NCBI GenBank assembly: GCA_963934255.1
Contig: CAWVXU010000002.1
Coordinates: forward strand, 29,094 to 93,093
DNA length: 64,000 bases
DNA from: an uncultured Fibrobacterales bacterium
GTDB taxonomy: Bacteria > Fibrobacterota > Fibrobacteria > Fibrobacterales > CAWVXU01
Direction: 5' to 3'
Under the pieces are notes generated by a model. The model made no database searches. It was not told the DNA's origin and worked only from the letters and a program-made list of their open reading frames with translations. Positions 1 to 7,846 of the stretch are shown one piece after another (the stretch's first letter is position 1; each line of letters opens with the position of its first letter). A program made the position numbers and the translations under genes.

Positions 1-153
1 CGATTTGCTGGCTCAGGTGCTTACTTTATAAAAATGGATGTCGAAGGGCCCACTATTGAGTCTGGTGAGCTAAAGAAGACCTTTGGTGTGATTCGAGGGA
101 TTCCTGGAAAAGCAACAAAAGGTCAAAAGTTTATTGATCCAAAACTCCCCTAG
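1..153 (+). CDS. 3' end of a gene entering from the left (possible secreted-protein C-terminal domain)
   Basis: Open frame RFAGSGAYFIKMDVEGPTIESGELKKTFGVIRGIPGKATKGQKFIDPKLP* ends in TAG at 151-153 and is followed by a terminator. Confidence 0.6.
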   Translation, partial: RFAGSGAYFIKMDVEGPTIESGELKKTFGVIRGIPGKATKGQKFIDPKLP

Positions 154-191
154 GGGCTACAACATTTTTTTGCATAGTTTTCTATGTAATC

Positions 192-228
192 AAAAAAGGC
201 GTGTGATTTGATCATACGCCTTTTTTTT
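192..228. terminator. Bidirectional intrinsic terminator
   Basis: AAAAAAGGCGTGTGAT-TTG-ATCATACGCCTTTTTTTT hairpin with A and T tracts, between convergent ORFs. Confidence 0.85.
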
Positions 229-258
229 GTTTTTGGATTAGAACTGTACTTTGTACAA

Positions 259-417
259 TTAGTTTTTTACTAACGAAGAACCATGAACCAATGATTGGAA
301 AACTTCAAGCCGATTGACCTGTTCTATGGTTTCTGTTATAATCCCGTTTCGTCCAGAATTCTGCCAAATGATACTTCCACAGATGACTATTAAGGCTACT
401 TGTATAAACTTAAACAT
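259..417 (-). CDS. Small 52-aa protein with hydrophobic N-terminus (absent from ORF track)
   Basis: MFKFIQVALIVICGSIIWQNSGRNGIITETIEQVNRLEVFQSLVHGSSLVKN*; AAGGAG RBS at 424-429; terminator downstream. Confidence 0.65.
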   Translation of the reverse strand: MFKFIQVALIVICGSIIWQNSGRNGIITETIEQVNRLEVFQSLVHGSSLVKN

Positions 418-790
418 GTCGCGCTCCTTGATGAAAGTTAGATGCCTATCATCTAAAGTACACGCTTAGCGAGGACTGAAGTATAACAGAGGCATAAAAC
501 TTCGACATAATCGTTGAGTTTTTATCGATTATATTGACTATATAGGTAATTAAACAATCATTTTGATTGATTAAAGTTAATGTGTTTTATTTTGATTGGC
601 TTTTAGTGTAATGGTTTTTATTAGTTTTAGACCAAACCCTTCATTCCTAGCTTTTGTAAGCAGAATTTAAAAAGGCAACACCATAATCAATCAAGGAAAA
701 TATACACTGATGAACTAGATACAATATTGATTCGATCTTTTTCCAAAGAATAAGTGGACTCAATTTGAGTACACTTATTGTGTTTTAAAT

Positions 791-1951
791 CTATTGATTC
801 TCTTGGATTCGCTTCAGGTCTTCGGTCACTTCAAGGTGGCCTGGAGAAAGAATAAGTGCATTTTTTAATACTTCAATGGCCCGTTCAGAGTTCTTTTTTA
901 ATTCCAAATCATAAGCGATATTTCTGAGACCTTGAATGCCTTCGTCTGAGCCTAATTCAGCGGCTTTTACATAAGCAAGTTCAGCACGCTCGCCCCACTT
1001 TAGGTCTTGAGAGAGGTTGCCCAAAAAAATCCACCCGTCTATAAAGTCTGGTTTAATTACCACTGATTTCTGTAAATATCCCACAGCAAGTAAAGGCTTT
1101 TTATCTTCCACAAGTACATCGGCTAACTTATATAAGACTTCTACGCGATCGCCTGATTGAGCGAGCCCCTGCCTATAAATAGATGCAGCATCCATCCATT
1201 TTTTTTGAACTCGATATAAATCCCCGATATAGAACATAAAGTCAACCTCTTTGGGCATCATTGCATATGCTTCACGGACAAAAAGAATCGCTTGCTCGTA
1301 CTCCTTCAGGCCCACATGAACTTCAGCTAATTGGTATACCACTCCAGCATCAGTGGCATCCAATGCTCGAGCTTTTTCTAACGCCCTTTGGACACCCGTG
1401 ATATCACCCGTTTTTTGGTAAGCTTCGGCTAAGTATAGCCAAGCTCCGAAATTATCAGGCTCTAAAGCCAAGCCTTGATGGTAGATGCTGATACTTTCTC
1501 CGTATTCACCTAGTCGATAAAGAGTGGCGGCCAAATTAAACAAGGCAGGGGAATACTGATACCCGGTCAAGCGGACCCCCTTTCTAAATGCAGCAGCAGC
1601 ACTTGCAAAGTCCTGTACACGATAAAAACATTTCCCAATATTCATCGTCGCTATTTGTGGGTCTAATCCGCGTTTTTCTGCCTTGCGATACAATAATTTA
1701 GCTTGGGTAAATTTCTCAGCTCGATAAAGTTTATTGGCTCGCTCTAATAAAACTTCATAACCCATAATCTTTGAGGATTTTGGTTTGGATAAGTCAAAAT
1801 TTTTAGCATTTATTGGAGTGCAAACTATGAGGCAAATAAATAATACACCCAGAGGCGTAAATATATTTTTCGAGATAAATGATTTCATCTTCATGGATGA
1901 GTGGTAAATTTTTTGATGATTTGCGTTTGAAAAAAATTGCATACTAATCAT
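791..1951 (-). CDS. TPR protein of TonB operon (TtpD-like)
   Basis: Signal-like hydrophobic segment then tandem TPRs; last gene of the tonB operon; true start may be near 1894. Confidence 0.85.
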   Translation of the reverse strand: MISMQFFSNANHQKIYHSSMKMKSFISKNIFTPLGVLFICLIVCTPINAKNFDLSKPKSSKIMGYEVLLERANKLYRAEKFTQAKLLYRKAEKRGLDPQIATMNIGKCFYRVQDFASAAAAFRKGVRLTGYQYSPALFNLAATLYRLGEYGESISIYHQGLALEPDNFGAWLYLAEAYQKTGDITGVQRALEKARALDATDAGVVYQLAEVHVGLKEYEQAILFVREAYAMMPKEVDFMFYIGDLYRVQKKWMDAASIYRQGLAQSGDRVEVLYKLADVLVEDKKPLLAVGYLQKSVVIKPDFIDGWIFLGNLSQDLKWGERAELAYVKAAELGSDEGIQGLRNIAYDLELKKNSERAIEVLKNALILSPGHLEVTEDLKRIQENQ

Positions 1952-2573
1952 TCCATCTTACTTCAAAAGGTTGTTCCATACCGCAAAAACTCAATGCTTG
2001 CCCGTCTTTTTGAGCGGGTTGAAAACAGCTAGATTCAATGGCATTTTTGGCAGCTTGTGCAAGGCCTTGTCCAGTTGGAGATTCCTCAACTATACGCAAC
2101 TCATATACTTTACCCATTTCATTCACACAAAAAGAAATGACTACTTTCGCCTCTTGTTCGGTTTCACGGAGTTTATCTGGAAGTTCAAAATTTGGGGGGC
2201 AGTCACTTTTGGGTCGCTGATCTACATCGCCGCCGCCTCCACTCCCATCACCGCGAGTGGTGTTTGTTAAGTTCAACGGAACATTCACTCCACCCATACC
2301 GGCGATACCCAGATCCATGGCAAAACGAGGACCTGATTTTAAACTTCTTGATTTGGATTTAGAGCGCTTTGGCTTCTTTAGTTTACGAGCTTTTTTCTTT
2401 TGTTCTTTCTTGACTGAAATTTTTTTGATTTTTACTTCAGTCTTCCTGATAGTCTCTTCTTTAAAAAAGGTGCCTTGAAGCATCAAATTCAGTACCGGAA
2501 TACTCATGATAAGAGATCCCGCTAGTATGATAGCCATCACAACTATCAGTAACTCTGTGAATTTATTTTTCAT
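1944..2573 (-). CDS. tonB: Energy transducer TonB
   Basis: N-terminal TM, Lys-rich linker, TonB_C-like domain (VVISFCVNEMGKV...FQPAQKDGQAL); follows exbD. Confidence 0.85.
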   Translation of the reverse strand: MKNKFTELLIVVMAIILAGSLIMSIPVLNLMLQGTFFKEETIRKTEVKIKKISVKKEQKKKARKLKKPKRSKSKSRSLKSGPRFAMDLGIAGMGGVNVPLNLTNTTRGDGSGGGGDVDQRPKSDCPPNFELPDKLRETEQEAKVVISFCVNEMGKVYELRIVEESPTGQGLAQAAKNAIESSCFQPAQKDGQALSFCGMEQPFEVRWND

Positions 2574-2590
2574 CTAGACTTCAATATCCT

Positions 2591-2998
2591 TTAATCGGTC
2601 AGGGCCGCAATAGAGACTTTTTTGGCGCCACTTAAATTACAAGCATCAACCACTTGAACCAATAGGCCTGATTGTGAAGATTGGTCGGCGATCAAAACAA
2701 CTTCTCGCTCAGGATTTTTGGACAGCATAGATGTGAGAATCTCCTTGAGTGCAGGCAGTTCAACTGGGCGCTCGTTGATATGGACGGTGCCTTCACGCGT
2801 AATGGCTACCATAATGTTTTCTTTTTGCACCTCACTCGCTGATTGAGCTTTTGGCTTAGTGACTTCCACGCCAGTTTCTCTATTAAAAGTTGAGGTGACG
2901 ATAAAAAATATCAATAAAATAAACACCATATCCATCATTGGTGAGATATCTATTTGGGCTGCTTCTCGTTTTTTAATTGGTTGATTAAAGAGATCCAT
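2591..2998 (-). CDS. exbD: Biopolymer transport protein ExbD
   Basis: IDISPMMDMVFILLIFFIVTSTF motif; ATG at 2998 with GAGGGAGG RBS. Confidence 0.92.
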   Translation of the reverse strand: MDLFNQPIKKREAAQIDISPMMDMVFILLIFFIVTSTFNRETGVEVTKPKAQSASEVQKENIMVAITREGTVHINERPVELPALKEILTSMLSKNPEREVVLIADQSSQSGLLVQVVDACNLSGAKKVSIAALTD

Positions 2999-3644
2999 CG
3001 GACGTTCCTCCCTCTTTTTCATGCTTGGCGTTAAGGACGCGTACGACACTTAATTCTATTTGTTTTTGTATCCAATTGAGTCGATCTTGAATTCTGTTTT
3101 TCCATAGGACAATAGGAAATGCAATAAGCAAGCCCGATTGAGTTGTAATCAAAGCTTCAGAAATACCACCTGCCATCAGCACAGGATTTGAATTTCCAAA
3201 TATCGTGATGACATTAAATGTACTCACCATCCCTGAGACAGTTCCTAGAAGACCAAGTAGTGGGGCGACTGCAGCAAGAACTGAAACCATTTGCATCCCT
3301 TTATCCATACTGAAATAAACTTGACTCACTTCAGCTTTTAGGATGACTTCACGCGCCTGGTCGGATTCATCTTTAGTGCGAAGTAATATGTTGAGCACGA
3401 CATGAAGTATGCCTGATTTTTTTTCATAAGACGTTTTCAATTTTTTAATCTGAGTTTCCTCACCCAGGTTAATCACTTCTATCAATTCTTGAATTTCATC
3501 ATCAAAGTGCCTAGAGTATAGATCTGCACTTAGCCTGTATGCCATCTTCATCAAAAGATAAAATGCAATTACCCCACACAGAAAGATCGGGACTAAGACC
3601 CATCCTCCTGCCAAAAGCGATACGTATAAAGCATCAATAAACAT
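2985..3644 (-). CDS. exbB: MotA/TolQ/ExbB proton channel protein
   Basis: APLLGLLGTVSGMV...GGISEALITTQSGL. Confidence 0.92.
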   Translation of the reverse strand: MFIDALYVSLLAGGWVLVPIFLCGVIAFYLLMKMAYRLSADLYSRHFDDEIQELIEVINLGEETQIKKLKTSYEKKSGILHVVLNILLRTKDESDQAREVILKAEVSQVYFSMDKGMQMVSVLAAVAPLLGLLGTVSGMVSTFNVITIFGNSNPVLMAGGISEALITTQSGLLIAFPIVLWKNRIQDRLNWIQKQIELSVVRVLNAKHEKEGGTSDGSL

Positions 3645-3646
3645 GA

Positions 3647-5182
3647 TTACTTCGTTTTCCCTTTGAGTAATTCCTGGCGTTTGTCTTCATCACCAGACCA
3701 CACTATATTGAGAGCTTCCATAGTCACGGCATTCAGGTTGGCGATGATACCGTCTAATTTCTCAGACAAGAACCCATGAAGTAAAAGTATGGGGATTGCG
3801 ATAATCAGTCCGGTTTGTGTCGTGACTAGGGCTTCAGAAATACCACCCGCAAGAAGACGAGCATCGTTAGTGCCGACATCAGTTATCACTTTAAACAAAG
3901 CAATCATACCCGATACAGTTCCCAAAAGTCCAAGCAGCGGAGCCACCGCACCCAGGGCAGAAATTAATCCAAGACGTTTTTCAAGATTAGGGATTTCAGT
4001 CAACAGAGCTTCCGTGACAGACTTCTCTGCCGAATCGCGATTCAGTTCTCTTTTTTGAACTACTACAGCAAGTGCTTTGCCAAGTCCTGTGCCTCGAGAA
4101 TTACTGTAATCTATCGCTTCATCCCATTTACCCGAGCGAATTAATGGCATCAAGTGTTTACGAGTTGTAATGAGTCTTGAGCCACGAGTTTGATAAGTTG
4201 AAAACCTTTCAAATCCCAAGATAAATGCAAATAGCGCACAGCCAATGAGTGGATACATCACGAGTCCACCTTTGTCAAACCACGCTGAAACCGCTTGGCT
4301 CAACCCTTGGTCTTCCAATTGGGCAAAACCTACACCCTTGTCTTTGGCTTGTAAGATGTCAATAGGAAGTGATACCTGGTTGTTTCCTGCAGCAATTTGT
4401 GTTGCAGCCTCTTTGAGCGCCTGATTGTATTGCAAGGACAACTTACTTCTCCAACTCCAGACTTGGCCTTTCAGAGCTCCTGTTTTCATCAGAGACTGAA
4501 CAAAGGGACCGTTCTTCTGAACATCAGCAATGAGCATCGAACCCATTTGTATATGCCAAACATCGACTTCTTGTTTAGCCGGGTTAATGACTGATCTGGT
4601 TTCGATTTTTTGAGTTAAACCCAACTGATGTCTTTGAAGCATCTCGGTAAAGTACATCTCAAAAGCAAGTATCGCATCTCGATCCTTCATTTTGTCTGAG
4701 GCTACTGCACTTGCCGCTTTATTCAAAAGTTGAGTGCGTTCATTTATCTTGAGAGGAATATCTTCAACCAGACTTGCTTGACGTTTTTCTATCACCTGAC
4801 CTGCGGTAAGATCAAATTGTTCGGCTCTTTTGTCTACAACCTCATATTGCATTTCTAAATCTTCAGTGCGGGTTTTGGCACCTTGTAATTCATCTTGAAA
4901 ACGAGTCAGTTGGCCTGCAAGTTGAGAAAAACGAGAATCTAATGCCCGATTTTCATCAACCCATATTTTAGATTGAGCGTTTTCTTCATAACGTTTTTCC
5001 CAGCGCTTGGCTTCTTTGGCTTCGAGTAAGTCTAATTTTTCTGACTTAATTGATTTCAACGCTCTGATTTTTTTTTGAAGCTCTTTAATCTCTTTTTTGT
5101 CTTTTTCTTGATTTGCAAATGAACTTGTAACAGCTATTGTTAGGCCCATCAAAAGAACTAAAGGGGGGGGTAAGAATTTCAT
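3647..5182 (-). CDS. Long ExbB-family protein with periplasmic coiled-coil N-terminus (TtpC-like)
   Basis: Signal peptide, coiled coil, C-terminal APLLGLLGTVSGMI...GISEALVTTQTGL. Confidence 0.88.
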   Translation of the reverse strand: MKFLPPPLVLLMGLTIAVTSSFANQEKDKKEIKELQKKIRALKSIKSEKLDLLEAKEAKRWEKRYEENAQSKIWVDENRALDSRFSQLAGQLTRFQDELQGAKTRTEDLEMQYEVVDKRAEQFDLTAGQVIEKRQASLVEDIPLKINERTQLLNKAASAVASDKMKDRDAILAFEMYFTEMLQRHQLGLTQKIETRSVINPAKQEVDVWHIQMGSMLIADVQKNGPFVQSLMKTGALKGQVWSWRSKLSLQYNQALKEAATQIAAGNNQVSLPIDILQAKDKGVGFAQLEDQGLSQAVSAWFDKGGLVMYPLIGCALFAFILGFERFSTYQTRGSRLITTRKHLMPLIRSGKWDEAIDYSNSRGTGLGKALAVVVQKRELNRDSAEKSVTEALLTEIPNLEKRLGLISALGAVAPLLGLLGTVSGMIALFKVITDVGTNDARLLAGGISEALVTTQTGLIIAIPILLLHGFLSEKLDGIIANLNAVTMEALNIVWSGDEDKRQELLKGKTK

Positions 5183-6039
5183 TTGTCACCTCCTTGTATT
5201 ACGCTTAATGACAGTGGAAGTAAAAGAAGCTCCGGAGCTTTTTTTGCCATTTTGATTTCAATTGCTTCGCGAATTGCTTTGCGTTGTAAGAAGTCCAAAT
5301 CTTCATCCCAAGCATAAACTGTTTGCCCTTGGGTGATGTTTTGGTCCTTAATTCCATCACTTATCTTACGGATCAAGCGTCCATAATTCTTGCCGTCACT
5401 ATCCATATATACTAACCATTGATTACCTAGGCGTAGCATTTGAACATTGATAAGTTCTCCTGAATTTCTGAGCAAAGATTTTTCAGCGATAACGATTTCA
5501 TCGTTAAATTTAATTTCTTCTCGAATCAGGGATGCAATTCGATTAACACCTTCTTCTTGAGAAGCTGTTTCTGCTTCTAAGTCCCTTTTCAGAGCCATCA
5601 CTCGGGCAACTCGTGAGTCAAGATCCCAAGGGATTCCGCTCTTTATTTGCTGGGCAAACTGCTCTGTAATGAGAGCGAGCTTTCTAGCGCTTTCTTGGAA
5701 CTTACGCTGATGATTCTCAGTTCTTATTTTAAAAGAAGACTGCTTGAAACCTTCAGATTGTATTTTGCCTTGAAGCTTCTTCAGCTGTGTGGATAAAGCA
5801 TTAAGCTCCGACTTTTTTTGCCCGCTTGTACTTACTTGAATTTCTTTTTTCGTTTCAAAACGAGTTGTTTCAAGTTTAGCTAAGGAGTCAGTGCTGAACA
5901 TTTTGATATCAATTCTCTTCACATCTCGTTCTAGCTGATCTAACTGTAACTTGAGATCTGCAGAATTCAGTCCAAATGAGAATTGTACTCCCAAGAAGAG
6001 GCTGACGATAAAGCTCAGTCGTGTTTTATTTTTGTTCAT
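5179..6039 (-). CDS. DUF3450-like (TtpB-like) protein
   Basis: Signal peptide, coiled coil, IP(W)...R..R and MLRLG segments, C-terminal APELLLLPL; directly upstream of TtpC-like gene. Confidence 0.75.
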   Translation of the reverse strand: MNKNKTRLSFIVSLFLGVQFSFGLNSADLKLQLDQLERDVKRIDIKMFSTDSLAKLETTRFETKKEIQVSTSGQKKSELNALSTQLKKLQGKIQSEGFKQSSFKIRTENHQRKFQESARKLALITEQFAQQIKSGIPWDLDSRVARVMALKRDLEAETASQEEGVNRIASLIREEIKFNDEIVIAEKSLLRNSGELINVQMLRLGNQWLVYMDSDGKNYGRLIRKISDGIKDQNITQGQTVYAWDEDLDFLQRKAIREAIEIKMAKKAPELLLLPLSLSVIQGGDK

Positions 6040-7838
6040 TAGGAAGGTTCCTCTCCACAAAATACTTCATTAGTTTGTGTATCACACCAATCACTTGCTG
6101 GTACACACATCATGTCTGAATTAATATCTTCTTCTACGCAAAAACTGCGTAAAGCCCAATCACAAGTCGGTTCAGTCCAAGCTTGCTTTTTACATCTTTG
6201 CCTATGAAAATCCTTCAATTGACCTTGTTGGTATTTCATAGAATTCTCTGCGGTTGAAGCCCATGAATGAGCTAAGCGCTCAAGGTCGGCACACTTTGAA
6301 TCTTGAAAAAACACTTGAGCGCAATAACGAGTCAGAGCACCCTCTATTATATCAGCATTTTCTTTCTCAGTCCGTCCATTGAATTTATCTTGAGGTAGTT
6401 GCTCAAGATAAATCGACGCATCAACTCCGTCAATCCAGGCTAACATATAAGCTGCACGGGTACACCCGTTGTATGATTTGACTTCATCGAAATCTAAACG
6501 ATTGTTTTCTGCATATTTTAAACCGTCAAACTTCACTTCACGACAATACTCTAATTCAAAGTCTTGACAAGAAACAGTCGACTCCCACCCCACTTCATTG
6601 CATTTTGCAGCCTTAGTCTCAAAATAGGTCCATGATTTATTTGACGCAGGATTAAGAATAAAAACTTCGAAACTATCAACTATTGCACCCGCAAACACTC
6701 CACGACCATTTTCAATGTTAAACTTTTTTTGAACCTTAGGATCACTGTGTTCTCTGATATAGGTTAATATGTAATTAGTCATCGCCTGTTCATATCCATA
6801 GAAGTAGATCTTGTTAGGTCCCCCCATATACCAAGTGTTAGTCACTGTTAAAGAGTCAAAAATTGAATATTCTTTATTACTATCAAAAACGTTTGGCAAA
6901 TGAATTAACCGTCTGGTAGTGCTACCCGGGTATTGATTGGCAGCTCCGCCACCAAATTGAGCAAAGGCCGCCGAGAAGGCGTTTTGGGGTATTATAGCTG
7001 AATCAGTAAAAGCCTGTGTCACTAATAGGGAGGCAACATCTTCTGAATAATCAAAATTATAGTAATGCGAAGTAGTGTTAAGGACTCCCGTTAAATAGAA
7101 AATAGAGTCACCTTGAACATAGGATGCCCGTACTTCGTATTTCTGATATAAAGCTCCAATTGTTGCGTTCATATCAGGGAAGTTTTCAGTAAATATATTC
7201 GTTGCCGCCACCGTATCACCTAGCGCTAATTGGCTGATGTATTCATTGATAACAACTTCATACTCGGCGTTAAATGCATCTTGCCCCTCTTGAGGGAGTC
7301 CAGTGATTAAGTCAAAGATACCTTGAGGTGAAGTCATATTTCCGTCTGTAGCTTGCTCAGTAAATGCTTTTTCATTGACTGTAGCTGTATCATTTACAAT
7401 TAATTTTGTTGGAATATTCGCAGTTGCTTTAAAGACGGTCTCCACTAGAGTACCAGATGAGTCCCAAGTAAATTCAGCACGCAGACGATAACTCTCTCCA
7501 CGATCAATAATAAAATTGGCATCACTATTAAAACAATTTGGTTTGTTTGGTTGAGGGCTTAAAATTATTTCTTGTGAAATTCCACCTTGAGGTTTGCCTG
7601 TAATAGTGACACGTGAATCTTGATAAAATGCAAAACCATTGGTGTAATATTCATCGAGGGATAATAATTTTTCAAAACAGACATTACTAATCGCTCTATC
7701 AGCGATTAATGTGCCTTCAGTGTAAATGCCTTTGTATTCACTATTGTCTTTGGGCGCATAACTCCAAGGCCCTTGAAGACAAGCAGTCAATATCAAAGTC
7801 AAGATTGTCACATAGAATGGATAATATCTTTTCATCAT
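6039..7838 (-). CDS. Receptor-associated lipoprotein (DUF4249-like N-part) with Cys-rich C-terminus
   Basis: Lipobox LTAC; NIENGRGVFAG segment; many Cys in the last third. Confidence 0.7.
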   Translation of the reverse strand: MMKRYYPFYVTILTLILTACLQGPWSYAPKDNSEYKGIYTEGTLIADRAISNVCFEKLLSLDEYYTNGFAFYQDSRVTITGKPQGGISQEIILSPQPNKPNCFNSDANFIIDRGESYRLRAEFTWDSSGTLVETVFKATANIPTKLIVNDTATVNEKAFTEQATDGNMTSPQGIFDLITGLPQEGQDAFNAEYEVVINEYISQLALGDTVAATNIFTENFPDMNATIGALYQKYEVRASYVQGDSIFYLTGVLNTTSHYYNFDYSEDVASLLVTQAFTDSAIIPQNAFSAAFAQFGGGAANQYPGSTTRRLIHLPNVFDSNKEYSIFDSLTVTNTWYMGGPNKIYFYGYEQAMTNYILTYIREHSDPKVQKKFNIENGRGVFAGAIVDSFEVFILNPASNKSWTYFETKAAKCNEVGWESTVSCQDFELEYCREVKFDGLKYAENNRLDFDEVKSYNGCTRAAYMLAWIDGVDASIYLEQLPQDKFNGRTEKENADIIEGALTRYCAQVFFQDSKCADLERLAHSWASTAENSMKYQQGQLKDFHRQRCKKQAWTEPTCDWALRSFCVEEDINSDMMCVPASDWCDTQTNEVFCGEEPS

Positions 7839-7846
7839 GATAACCT

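Noticed and set aside
188..228. AATCAAAAAAGGCG shared with the 52226 hairpin as a REP/MITE family
   Set aside because: Only two copies, with different inner stems; both behave as ordinary terminators
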